Source: Candidatus Poribacteria bacterium (GTDB lineage Bacteria > Poribacteria > WGA-4E > WGA-3G). From it: DNA of 64,000 bases. The DNA is taken from contig OZ251518.1 of NCBI GenBank assembly GCA_965242965.1, positions 1,568,001-1,632,000 on the forward strand, written 5' to 3'. Within the stretch, counting starts at the first letter, position 1, and every line of letters begins with the position of its first letter. Both the position numbers and the translations under genes were made by a program. The notes beneath the pieces were generated by a model, which made no database searches, was not told the origin of the DNA, and saw nothing but the letters and a program-made list of their open reading frames with translations. Positions 38,410 through 48,234 of the stretch are shown here, piece by piece.

Positions 38410-38823
38410 GTAGGGCGAGGGCCTGTCCCTCGCCATGCCAAGCGGTGCCTGCTCCCGACATCGTAGGGTGAGGGCCTGTCCCTCGCCATGCCAAGTACGT
38501 GGGGCAAGACATGAGCAGGATTTCCACGATTTCCAAGATTAGCAAGATTATAGGGATTGGGGAAACTGCAATGTGATGAGCACGGCCGCCGCATCTACCG
38601 TAGCGCGGGGGCCTGTCCCCCGCGATCGCGCTCACCTACCGTAGCGCGGGGGCCTGTCCCCCGCGATCTCTCGCGTGCCCCAGGGCCTGGCGAGGGACAG
38701 GCACGCGTCCGTGAAAAACACGGTATTGCATCGAGACCGGGAGGTCTCTCCTACCGGACCGTTCGCCACCGCTGTCCGGCACGGCGAGAAAGCAACTGTA
38801 GTTCGGGAGCACCTGCACCCGAA
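38410..38823. repeat. REP-mosaic cluster without TIRs, including a CAGGATT tract
   Basis: B, B, GAGCAGGATTTCCACGATTTCCAAGATTAGCAAGATT, A, A, C, D. Confidence 0.8.
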
Positions 38824-38843
38824 CGGACAAGCGCAGAAACGCC

Positions 38844-40373
38844 TTACTCCAACAAATAGAGGTGAATCGTCCGGTCTTTCGCCCGAGAGAAGGTCGCGAA
38901 CGTATGAACTATCCGTCCGCGCTGCCGAATCCACTCACGCACTTTCTTTTTCGCATCGAACACGTTGAAACTCCCCGCGTCCACGACGAACCACAAGCGA
39001 TGTTCACTAGATACCCACCGCCTCTCAAACGCTTCCACGTCTTTTAGCATTTCGCTGATGTGAATCGCTTCCAATTCGGGGAGGTAATATGTCCCCATCT
39101 CTGGTTCTGAAATCACCATTTTATCGGTAGGCATTTGATGTGTGCGGATAACATCAAACGTCTCTCGCCATCTGGGTCTGCCGCCGTTTTCAAGGTTAAA
39201 ATAGAGATAGACGTGCGCTGCCAAGTTCATCATCAGGATGCATGGCAGGAGCGCGCTAAGGAACGTGCTTCCCAATTTGGTATAGAACCGTTCACACGCG
39301 ACCGCGGCAAGGAGGAAATACGCCGGGGTTGTCCAAAACAGATAGTAGCCCGCGACATTTTGGAACTGTGCGGCAATCAAAAAGAGCAGCAGCGGCACAC
39401 CGGCATAACAGACCAGAAACCGAGTAGGACGATGAGACAGGGCGGCAACGCCTCCAAAGAAACCGGTAACAGGCGGCCCCTCCTGTCCCGATGTTCCGGT
39501 AGGAGAGACCTCCCGGTCTCGATTCTTTCCCGTAGGAGAGACCTCCCGGTCTCGACATCCCCCGCAACCTACGACACCTCCAAAGAAAGCGGCAACAGCT
39601 ACCGGAACACTCACGCCTTGGACAAGCGTCAGCACAATGTAGAGCGGACTGCGACTCCATTCGTTGAGCCCCCAACCGGAGAAGAGGTACCCGTGAATTT
39701 TCGGGTGCGCGAGTGCCAGCACAGGGATAGCAAACGGCGCGAAAAAAAGGAGCAGATTGAGACTAGTTTTCCTACTGTTGAGGCGCGAACGGCGGGACAG
39801 CACTGCATAAACCGCTAACGCTGGCACCATAAACGCCGCGAGGAGATGCGATAGGATTAGACAGATACAGGTGAGAAGCGCGCCTAATGTCAACAGCGTG
39901 GAATGCCGTTCTAGCGAGAGATAGAAGAGCCACGCCGTTAACGCCGCGAAAAAAAATGTCCAGATGTAGGAACAACGCGCGTTCTGTGTCCAAAACAGAT
40001 GCCAACTGGAGAGTGCCACCAACGCCGCTGCTAGAAGCCCAACCCGCCTATTGAAGAGCGTCCTTCCCAAACCGAAAATGACAGGAATGGAGAGGATACC
40101 TACCATGCAAGGAATGAGGCGACTTCCCCATTCGCTATCGCCTGCAAGGACGATGGAGAGCTTTACCGCCAGATACGGAATCGGATTAATCGGCGAGTTG
40201 ACTAGCGTGAATTGCTGTGCATCCAACACCATGAAGACTTCGTCTTTCCAGAAACTCCACTCGCCTAGATTCCAGAAGCGGAGCAGCGCGCCGATGATAA
40301 CTACGGTGCTTAACAGCGGCGCGGCTAGCAATTGCAAGTTTTTTTGGCAATGTTTTGATGAAAATTTCAGCAT
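38844..40373 (-). CDS. GT39/ArnT-like (GT-C) membrane glycosyltransferase with an in-frame REP insertion
   Basis: LRFWNLG..SFW.DE, EW..RL...G, TQNAR motifs and multiple TMs; likely start ATG 40373. Confidence 0.8.
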   Translation of the reverse strand: MLKFSSKHCQKNLQLLAAPLLSTVVIIGALLRFWNLGEWSFWKDEVFMVLDAQQFTLVNSPINPIPYLAVKLSIVLAGDSEWGSRLIPCMVGILSIPVIFGLGRTLFNRRVGLLAAALVALSSWHLFWTQNARCSYIWTFFFAALTAWLFYLSLERHSTLLTLGALLTCICLILSHLLAAFMVPALAVYAVLSRRSRLNSRKTSLNLLLFFAPFAIPVLALAHPKIHGYLFSGWGLNEWSRSPLYIVLTLVQGVSVPVAVAAFFGGVVGCGGCRDREVSPTGKNRDREVSPTGTSGQEGPPVTGFFGGVAALSHRPTRFLVCYAGVPLLLFLIAAQFQNVAGYYLFWTTPAYFLLAAVACERFYTKLGSTFLSALLPCILMMNLAAHVYLYFNLENGGRPRWRETFDVIRTHQMPTDKMVISEPEMGTYYLPELEAIHISEMLKDVEAFERRWVSSEHRLWFVVDAGSFNVFDAKKKVREWIRQRGRIVHTFATFSRAKDRTIHLYLLE

Positions 40374-40481
40374 TTTTAACTGTAGTTTGTCTCTTTTGAG
40401 TGACGATGCGCATCGGCGATTTTTTAGAAAACCCGACAGCTGCAAGCATCTCAGCACGTATTTCCATCCTCGCAACGGTAA

Positions 40482-40499
40482 TTGGCATACATTTTGCTT
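40482..40499 (+). promoter_or_regulatory. sigma54 (RpoN) -24/-12 promoter candidate
   Basis: TTGGCATACATTTTGCTT gives GG-N10-GC spacing upstream of the barrel-amt genes. Confidence 0.6.
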
Positions 40500-40739
40500 A
40501 AACAGCAATAGGTGCTATTAGTCCTAGAAACATTTAGTTTTCGATTTTGGCTTCCGAAACGAAAAAAAAGATGAGAACTGAATCGTTCTGCTATTAGTGC
40601 CGTCTAGATTGAAATATATCACAAATTGGTGCCGGTATCAAGACAAATCTGGCACATTTTCGTTCAACGCGCATCGGCGCGCTTTTGGACGCTATTAACG
40701 GGCAAGGGAGTTACCTCTGCCCCATAAAAGGAGAATTTA

Positions 40740-41459
40740 ATGAAAAGTAAAGCGTTTGGGTTAACCCAATTGTTGGCAATCGTATGCATGTTGGCAGTCG
40801 TCTGCATCCCCCCTGTCTACGCAGACGGCCACGAAATGGGGGAAGAGATGGAAGCGGCAGAGGCAGAAGAATCAAGCACTTCCGGCTGGTTCCGCATTGA
40901 TACGGACGGCTTGGCGACGCAATTCTGGTTCGGTGCCAGCCACTCCCTCGGCAGTATTTCGCTGGATAGCGATATTTACGTCGTGGATACCTTCGGTGAA
41001 TTTGACATCGGACTCGGCATTCCTGTGGTTGACAGCGATGACATGTCGCTGAGCCTCTTGCCCATGGTAGGCATAGGCTTTGACTACACCTCGCCGAACG
41101 GGCCTTCTTCGCTTATCGCGCCACAGTTGTTTACGTATCTCACTGCCGGTTCTATCTATTTTGAATCGTGGATTCAGGGGTTCTTCAATTCCCCATTTGA
41201 TGAGGAGGCGACAGATGCGCTGTATACGCGCGATTTTATCCTCTATTCGATTAACGACACCGTCGCCATCGGCCCGCAAGTGGAATTAACGTTTGATTTA
41301 GGCGATGACAGTGGGCTCGGCAGTTTGATTGCCGGCGGCCGCCTTAACCTCGGCTATGGCGAAAATAACACCCTCGGGCTGTTCGTCGGGTATGAAACGC
41401 AAAAAGAGGACGAGGATACCGGGCTGACCGGGCGGATGACGTTCGTCCGCACGTGGTAG
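40740..41459 (+). CDS. Putative outer-membrane beta-barrel protein directly upstream of amt
   Basis: Signal peptide; GWFRIDTD, GGRLN..YGENNTLG and F.RTW shared with 37570-38304. Confidence 0.65.
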   Translation: MKSKAFGLTQLLAIVCMLAVVCIPPVYADGHEMGEEMEAAEAEESSTSGWFRIDTDGLATQFWFGASHSLGSISLDSDIYVVDTFGEFDIGLGIPVVDSDDMSLSLLPMVGIGFDYTSPNGPSSLIAPQLFTYLTAGSIYFESWIQGFFNSPFDEEATDALYTRDFILYSINDTVAIGPQVELTFDLGDDSGLGSLIAGGRLNLGYGENNTLGLFVGYETQKEDEDTGLTGRMTFVRTW

Positions 41460-41475
41460 CAAGGAGATATCTAAC

Positions 41476-42843
41476 ATGGAAAAGGTTCCACGAAGTTTCT
41501 ATCAAGGTATCGTTGTCCTGCTGGCTTTCATCTTCCTGCTGAGCGCGAACGCCTTCGCCCTAGATGGAGAAGTTGAAGGCGAGAAAGTCTCAGAGGCGAA
41601 GTATATGGCGGATACACTGTGGGTGCTTCTCGCGGCGTTCCTCGTCTTCTTTATGCAGGCGGGTTTCGCCATGGTTGAGTCCGGCTTCACCCGTGCCAAA
41701 AACGCCGTGAATATCCTGATGAAGAACCTGATGGATTTCTCGATGGGCTCCATCTCTTATTGGGCAATCGGGTTCGCGCTGATGTTCGGCGCGGGGAACG
41801 CGTTCATGGGAACAAGCGGCTGGTTTGTCCCCGCAGATTCTGACGCGTTCGGTTCATTGGAATGGAGTTCCGTGCCGACTTATGCGGCGTGGCTTTTCCA
41901 GCTCGTTTTCGCCGCAACTGCCGCCACTATCGTGTCAGGTGCGATGGCGGAGCGCACGCAGTTCAAAAGTTACCTGATTTATAGCATTTTTATTACCGGT
42001 ATTATCTATCCCATCGTCGGGCATTGGATTTGGGGCGGCGGGTGGTTATCAAACCTGGGAATGCTTGACTTCGCCGGCTCAACGGTTGTCCATTCCACAG
42101 GCGGCTGGCTGGCACTTACCGGGGCTATCGTCTTAGGGCCCCGCATTGGCAAATTCGATAGCCAGGGTAAACCGCGGCCGATTGCGGGACACAACCTCCC
42201 GCTCGCCGCGCTCGGTGTTTTTATCCTTTGGCTCGGTTGGTTCGGGTTTAACCCCGGCAGCCAGATGGGCGCAGACGCACCCGATATCGCTCTCATCGCG
42301 GTAACCACGAACATCGCCGCCGCCGCTGGCGCGATTGGCGCGATGATCGTCGCATGGATAGCACTTGGAAAACCGGATGCTGGTATGTCACTCAACGGCG
42401 CGCTCGCCGGATTGGTGGCAATTACTGCACCTTGTGCGTTCGTTACCCCGGCTTCCGCCGCACTTATCGGCTTACTCGGTGGTATTGTCGTCGTCCTGAG
42501 CGTGCTATTGCTTGAACGCCTTCACATCGATGACCCGGTTGGGGCAGTCTCTGTGCATGGTGTGTGTGGTGCGTTAGGCACGCTCCTCCTCGGGTTCTTC
42601 CATAAAGAGCAGGGCGTTTTCTTCGCCGCCGATAAAGGGGCCGCCTTTGGATTCCTCTGGGCACAGTTCGTCGGAGTCATCGCCGTTCTCGGATGGTGTC
42701 TGCTGACCGGCTTCGTGCTGTTCTATGGCATCAAAACCATCACCGGTTTGCGTGTCAGCGAGGAAGAAGAGATGCGCGGACTTGACTTTGAAGAACACGG
42801 TGCAAATGCGTATCCGGACTTCAACGTCTCCGCACTCCGGTAG
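41476..42843 (+). CDS. amt: Ammonium transporter (Amt family)
   Basis: FFMQAGFAMVESG, DFAGSTVVH, LWLGWFGFNPGS, NGALAGLVAIT, DDPVGAVSVHG. Confidence 0.96.
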   Translation: MEKVPRSFYQGIVVLLAFIFLLSANAFALDGEVEGEKVSEAKYMADTLWVLLAAFLVFFMQAGFAMVESGFTRAKNAVNILMKNLMDFSMGSISYWAIGFALMFGAGNAFMGTSGWFVPADSDAFGSLEWSSVPTYAAWLFQLVFAATAATIVSGAMAERTQFKSYLIYSIFITGIIYPIVGHWIWGGGWLSNLGMLDFAGSTVVHSTGGWLALTGAIVLGPRIGKFDSQGKPRPIAGHNLPLAALGVFILWLGWFGFNPGSQMGADAPDIALIAVTTNIAAAAGAIGAMIVAWIALGKPDAGMSLNGALAGLVAITAPCAFVTPASAALIGLLGGIVVVLSVLLLERLHIDDPVGAVSVHGVCGALGTLLLGFFHKEQGVFFAADKGAAFGFLWAQFVGVIAVLGWCLLTGFVLFYGIKTITGLRVSEEEEMRGLDFEEHGANAYPDFNVSALR

Positions 42844-42931
42844 GCATGCTTTTCCTAACTTGTGGCGCGGGAGTATCTGCTCTCGTGCCACGATTTCATT
42901 TTCCTTCCACTGAAAAGCAAGATAATTCAGT

Positions 42932-43342
42932 GAGGGTGTTTCATAAATCCGTGTAGGAGGGCCTTCCCGGTCTCGATGCCAGCGATGTCCCGGTAGGAGA
43001 GACCTCCCGGTCTCGATGCAATAGGGCTGCGCGCCCACCGGGGCCGCGGCGGCAGAAAGCCCCTCTTCATCGTAGGGCGAGGGCCTGTCCCTCGCCATCG
43101 TTCGCGCAATCCAACGCTCGCGGGGGAAACCCGCTCGGATGCGCGTATGGCATCCGAGGGCCCACGCGCTACGATAAAAAACGGTTCTTGAGCCATCGCG
43201 GGGGCAACCCGCTCGGATGTGCGTGTGGCATCCGAGGCCCCTGCGCTACGGGAACATCGAGACCGGGAGGGCTCGCCTACCGGAAGCAATCAAGACCAGG
43301 AGGGCTCTCCTACGGGTGTGCATCGAGTTATGAAACACTCTC
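42932..43342. mobile_element. Modular MITE-like element, complete
   Basis: GAGGGTGTTTCATAA ... TTATGAAACACTCTC between the two amt genes; interior C, C, B, two loop-expanded A, C, C. Confidence 0.85.
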
Positions 43343-43375
43343 AACTAAATGGCTCTGGGACCGGAAAAAATCCTC

Positions 43376-43404
43376 TTGCACTAAATTTAACATCTTGCTA
43401 TAAT
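43376..43404 (+). promoter_or_regulatory. sigma70-type promoter of the second amt
   Basis: TTGCAC-17-TATAAT with extended -10 TG. Confidence 0.6.
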
Positions 43405-43512
43405 TAATTTGAAAATAATTGATGGACGAAACCTTTGTGGCCTCGTCCATAAAAAATAAGTGGATAGGCGGCCAAAAAGGCTGCCTTGACAAAACGTATA
43501 TGGAGGATTCAG

Positions 43513-44922
43513 ATGCAACAACGATGTGCATCACAATTTGCAAAGAAGCGAACTGTTTTTGAACGAATTGGCACGCTGTTCGGGTGTCGCGGCTTCCGTG
43601 TCGCGATGCAGTTGATTGTCGTGCTATTAATCTTTGGTGTGCCAAGCCTCGCGCTTGCACAGGATACGGCTTCGCACGATTCCGGTGACACCGCTTGGCT
43701 CCTCACCGCCACTGCCCTTGTGCTGTTTATGACTATCCCCGGGCTCGCCCTCTTTTACGGCGGGTTAGTGCGCGTCCAAAACGTGCTGTCCGTGCTGATG
43801 CAGTGCTTTGTGCTGACAGGTGTTGTCACTGTCCTTTGGGTTATCTGTGGCTATAGCCTGGCTTTCAATACGGATGGCATGGCGGCAGGAGTCACCAATT
43901 TCAACTCCTTTGTCGGTGGGCTTGGGACGATGTTCCTGCGGGGTGTCGGCGTGGATAGTCTCAGCGGGACTATTCCTGAAACCGTCTTTATCACCTTCCA
44001 ATTGACGTTTGCGATTATCACGCCTGCGCTTATCGTCGGTGCTTTCGCTGAGCGGATGAAATTCTCAGCGATGCTCATCTTCTCCGCGGTCTGGGCGATA
44101 GTTGCATACACGCCTATCTGCCACATGGCGTGGGCAGGTGATGGCGCGCTATTTCACACCCTCGGCGTTCTCGATTTCGCGGGTGGAACTGTCGTGCACG
44201 TCAATGCCGGCGTTGCTGCGTTAGTCGCGGCGATATTAGTCGGAAAACGCCTTGGTTATCCGATGACGGCGATGCAGCCGCACAGTTTGCCGCTTACCGT
44301 AGTCGGAGCATCAATGCTCTGGGTAGGTTGGTTCGGATTCAATGCAGGCAGTGCGGTTGCAGCAGACGGTTCTGCTGGCATGGCGATGCTCGTCACACAG
44401 ATTTCCACCGCGACCGCCGCCATCACTTGGATGTTTATTGAGTGGATGCGGCACGGCAAACCCGGCACCTTGGGTATTGCTACTGGGGCGGTTGCTGGGT
44501 TAGTGGCTATCACGCCTGCATCCGGTTCAGTCGGGCCGATGGGCGCGCTGGTTATCGGGTTCGTCTCCGGTATCGTCTGTTTCTGGGGTGCCACCAGTCT
44601 GAAGCAGAAGATGGGTTACGACGATTCATTGGACGCTTTCGGCGTTCACGGGGTCGGCGGGATTGTCGGCGCGCTGTTGACAGGCGTTTTCGCCGCAGAA
44701 TCACTTGGCGGCGTTGGGCTGGCAGATGGCATGAACATCGGCTCGCAAGTGTGGGCGCAGTTCATCAGCATCGTTATCACGGTGGTGTGGAGTGGTGTGA
44801 TTTCGTTTATCACGCTCAAAATCTTGGATGCCGTCATCGGCTTACGCGTCGAAACGGATGAAGAGCGCATGGGGTTGGACCTCTCCGAGCACAACGAACG
44901 TGGTTACAACCTACAAGCGTAG
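43513..44922 (+). CDS. amtB: Ammonium transporter AmtB
   Basis: GDTAW, PGLALFYGGLVR, FQLTFAIIT, DFAGGTVVH, WFGFNAGS, DDSLDAFGVHG; RBS GGAGG before ATG 43513. Confidence 0.96.
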   Translation: MQQRCASQFAKKRTVFERIGTLFGCRGFRVAMQLIVVLLIFGVPSLALAQDTASHDSGDTAWLLTATALVLFMTIPGLALFYGGLVRVQNVLSVLMQCFVLTGVVTVLWVICGYSLAFNTDGMAAGVTNFNSFVGGLGTMFLRGVGVDSLSGTIPETVFITFQLTFAIITPALIVGAFAERMKFSAMLIFSAVWAIVAYTPICHMAWAGDGALFHTLGVLDFAGGTVVHVNAGVAALVAAILVGKRLGYPMTAMQPHSLPLTVVGASMLWVGWFGFNAGSAVAADGSAGMAMLVTQISTATAAITWMFIEWMRHGKPGTLGIATGAVAGLVAITPASGSVGPMGALVIGFVSGIVCFWGATSLKQKMGYDDSLDAFGVHGVGGIVGALLTGVFAAESLGGVGLADGMNIGSQVWAQFISIVITVVWSGVISFITLKILDAVIGLRVETDEERMGLDLSEHNERGYNLQA

Positions 44923-45013
44923 GCGAATTTCCGGTAGGCACGCTTTGCAAGTGTGCTTCCTTGAGTTTCGGGTAGGCGCGCTTTACAAGCGCGCTCCCGT
45001 TTGACAGAACGGT

Positions 45014-45047
45014 AAGGGCGGCTATGGATATTTTCATAGCCGCCCTT
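45014..45047 (+). terminator. Stem-loop after amtB
   Basis: AAGGGCGGCTATG-gatatttt-CATAGCCGCCCTT. Confidence 0.55.
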
Positions 45048-45065
45048 GTCGTCATCTAATTTCCT

Positions 45066-45393
45066 GAGGGTGTTTCATAACTCCGTTTCGGTCCTCTTGG
45101 AGAGCGGGCGACTCCCGCTCCCTCTTGGTAGGAGAGACCTCCTGGTCTCGATGCATCGCGCATGCGAGAGACCGTAGTTCGGGAGCACCCGCTCCCGAAC
45201 GGGTCAGGATCGTTTGGCAAGCATGCCAGAGCTTCAGATGATCTTGCCCTACAGAGGAGGGCGGCTCGGTCACCGTAGGGCGAGGGCCTGTCCCTCGCCA
45301 TCGTTCGCACACCCCAACGATCGCGGGGGACAGGCCCCCGCGCTACGGTGAAAAAAACGCCGCCCCTTGTTGAGCGATTTATGAAACACCCTC
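45066..45393. mobile_element. Modular MITE-like element, complete
   Basis: Both TIRs present; ATCTAATTTCCT immediately left and repeated 6 nt after the right end; interior C, D-pair with expanded loop, B, A. Confidence 0.87.
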
Positions 45394-45401
45394 ATCTAAA
45401 T

Positions 45402-47423
45402 CTAATTTCCTATCAACCTCGCGACGACTTCACGTTCTGACAACATCCCCTTTTCTACAAGCAGCTGCTGCGACGCGCCGAGGTGCCGATAGACATCGGC
45501 AATCCACGTCGTATCAAATCCCTCACCCGTATTATAGAGCGTCAGCGGGCGTGGTGCGAGGAGCGTCCCTGCTGTCCGAAAATCCCCGGCTCGGCGGAGA
45601 CTCGGTATCGGCAACATCTCTAAATAGCCAACGTCCATGTCGTTATCAAATTGTGCCGTGTCGGCGACAACGCTTGCAACATCGGCGAATCCCGCCGCAA
45701 GCATCGTCCACAACCCGGCTTCGCCGAGCCCGATGAGATTCACCACCGAAACGTCATCTCGGTTTGCAGCATAGCGCAGTGCTGTCACAATGTCTTGGAC
45801 GCGCAACGCCGCTGTTGTCCGATTGTAGGTGGTGAAGTAGGTGGTATCCTCCTGTCGCCGGTAGTCGCCGTGTTCTCCCGTGGCGAAGACATCAATGAGG
45901 AGCACTTTGTGCGCCGCGTCAAGCAGAGAGGTGATGAGTGGCGAGGGTTCGCCTGTCTCTGCATCGCTCAGTTTCGCCTTGCCATCAGGGTGAACGATAA
46001 GCGTTACTGGCGAATGCTCTACATGCGGCTCTGGACGCAACAGCAGTGCAGGAGTCGCATCGCCGATGTTCTTTCTACCGAGGACGAGGTGTTGCACAGA
46101 AAAATTATCGCGATAGGTAACCGAGAACACACCCTCAGGTTCACTGCACGTTATCTCCTCGCTTTCCGGTAGTTGGAGCCCGAGCGCGTGTTGTAGGACG
46201 CTCCCCATCGCATCGCGGAACGTTTCAAGTTCGACTGGATTCTTCGGTTTTCGGTTTTCGAGTGCTTTTTTCGCGCGGTTCACCCACGTTGGCAGAAATT
46301 CGTCCTGTTTCAGAGCGCGCGCCGGCATGTCGTTCTTCGAGAATACCAAGAGGGCATCGTCAGGTTCTACCTGATACGCTACCTCTTTGAACGCTTGCGG
46401 TTCCTCGGCATCTAATAACCACTTTGCGAACCATGCGTAAACCGCCTCGCGACTCTCGCGGTTATAGTTATGCTCGGCATCTACCTGAACGTGATGCACC
46501 CGTTCTTCCGCGTTATAGTGCGAATAGATGCTTCGGATAGCCGGATATTCAACCGTCGGTGTGTTTACCGTCCAGTCTCCTGTCGCCGATACGAGCAGGA
46601 GTGGCCGCGGTGCCATCAACGCGCCTATTTCGATGTTGCTGACATCTAACCGCAGATTCGGGGCATTTTCACAAAGGCAGCCGCCCTGCATGGTGCCGGA
46701 AATCATATTGACAGGGGCGGATACCTTGATGCGTTCATCAATCGCAGTTAAGAGAAAGGTTTGCGTTCCGCCACCGGAAGCACCGGTGCATCCGATGCGT
46801 TCACTATCCACATCCGGCAGGCTTTGCAAAAAATCGAGCGCGCCGATGCCGTTGAGAAGTTGCAGTCCCATCGCGCTCAAACCCCACAAGCCTTCGCGCG
46901 CACCACCGTATCGATGCTCTATCTGTTTGCCGCTGTCATTGTAACCGAGCATGTCATAGGCGAAGATAACGTAACCCTGCTTGGCAAAGTTGATACAGCG
47001 CGCCGGAATAGAACCACGCGCAATGTCCTCAAGGCGGCCGCGGGTCCAATGTCCGTGTGGACTCACAATGCCGGGAAACGGCCCCGGTTTGCCTTTCGGA
47101 CGATAGAGGTTGCCTGTCGTGAAGAAGCCGGGGAACGGTTCAAAATGGACTTTTTCTACCGTGTAATCTTCGCGTGCCACTTTTCCGAAGACATTGGCGT
47201 TCAGGGGAGTCGGTTCCTGGCTAGGCAACAAGCCGTTCGCGACACGAATCTGTTGGCGCAAGGATGCTGCCCGTTTCTCCCATGCCGCTTTTGAGTATCC
47301 CGGAAAAGTATAGGGTGTGCTCAGTTCTCGGGGAGTTTCACCGCGTGCATCGGCAACACGTTGCCGAGCATCTGCAAAGATGGCGGTGAGTTCGTGATGG
47401 TGTCCAGCGAGTGGCGTAAACAT
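45402..47423 (-). CDS. Alpha/beta hydrolase, acetyl-xylan-esterase-like, two domains
   Basis: PHGHW, YDMLGY, RIGCTGASGGGTQT nucleophile elbow, APRPLL, HNY. Confidence 0.8.
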   Translation of the reverse strand: MFTPLAGHHHELTAIFADARQRVADARGETPRELSTPYTFPGYSKAAWEKRAASLRQQIRVANGLLPSQEPTPLNANVFGKVAREDYTVEKVHFEPFPGFFTTGNLYRPKGKPGPFPGIVSPHGHWTRGRLEDIARGSIPARCINFAKQGYVIFAYDMLGYNDSGKQIEHRYGGAREGLWGLSAMGLQLLNGIGALDFLQSLPDVDSERIGCTGASGGGTQTFLLTAIDERIKVSAPVNMISGTMQGGCLCENAPNLRLDVSNIEIGALMAPRPLLLVSATGDWTVNTPTVEYPAIRSIYSHYNAEERVHHVQVDAEHNYNRESREAVYAWFAKWLLDAEEPQAFKEVAYQVEPDDALLVFSKNDMPARALKQDEFLPTWVNRAKKALENRKPKNPVELETFRDAMGSVLQHALGLQLPESEEITCSEPEGVFSVTYRDNFSVQHLVLGRKNIGDATPALLLRPEPHVEHSPVTLIVHPDGKAKLSDAETGEPSPLITSLLDAAHKVLLIDVFATGEHGDYRRQEDTTYFTTYNRTTAALRVQDIVTALRYAANRDDVSVVNLIGLGEAGLWTMLAAGFADVASVVADTAQFDNDMDVGYLEMLPIPSLRRAGDFRTAGTLLAPRPLTLYNTGEGFDTTWIADVYRHLGASQQLLVEKGMLSEREVVARLIGN

Positions 47424-47434
47424 AGTTTCTCCTG

Positions 47435-48091
47435 TTACACTGCGAGTTGCTTTGCGACGATAAATTTCAGCAATTGGACGATGTGTTCCGCGTCCGCGAT
47501 GCCGTCGTAGACGGACGAAAATTCAGCTGCGAGTGTTGGTTTCTCAGTCTCAATGTCAGTGACGAGCCCTCGGACGAAAACCCAAATGTCATTCACAGTA
47601 TAGCATCCGAAGATTTCTTGTTCGGTGTTAGTATCGCTTTGCCAATTGAGCCAAGCGGCGGCAAGCATCTCACCATAAAGTTGATAGTGCGGGTCTGCGG
47701 CTTTAATACCGCGCTTCGCTTCGTGCACAATGAGATACGGCGGTCGGATTCTCCCAGCGACAGCAGGTGCGAGCGCACCATCTGCCTCGCCTTCTAATTT
47801 AAACGTCGGATACTCGGCCTTGAGAGAGACGCTGCTCCACGCTTGAACACTGCCTTGTTCGGCAAGTACCAACATCGGATAAATTGCACGCGCCCAAAGC
47901 GTAGCTTCGTTCATACCGAGTAGGTTTCGGCGGTGCAAAGTTGTTTTGAGATCGTTGAGTCGTCTCACTTCGTCTGCTGTGAGGGCGATCTGCCTCTTCT
48001 CCCACACTTCCGGGGGACCGTCTTCTTCATGCAGGGTCACAAGTGCCTTGAGTGTGGGTTCTGATAGTTGCGAGAATGTATACGTGCACAT
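47435..48091 (-). CDS. Hypothetical protein, possible PD-(D/E)xK-like fold
   Basis: NEATL, G.ADG...PYLIVHEAKRG, QLYGEMLAA motifs. Confidence 0.55.
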   Translation of the reverse strand: MCTYTFSQLSEPTLKALVTLHEEDGPPEVWEKRQIALTADEVRRLNDLKTTLHRRNLLGMNEATLWARAIYPMLVLAEQGSVQAWSSVSLKAEYPTFKLEGEADGALAPAVAGRIRPPYLIVHEAKRGIKAADPHYQLYGEMLAAAWLNWQSDTNTEQEIFGCYTVNDIWVFVRGLVTDIETEKPTLAAEFSSVYDGIADAEHIVQLLKFIVAKQLAV

Positions 48092-48234
48092 CGTTCAAAA
48101 CCTCCTGCATTCAGTTTAACACACCCGTAACTATTTTTCAAATGAATTTCCTTGATTTTTCTCAAACGGTGTGGTATCCTATTCTTAAAAAGGATTTTCA
48201 TAGGAATTGCCAATTCCATTTTACGGTAAAAAAC

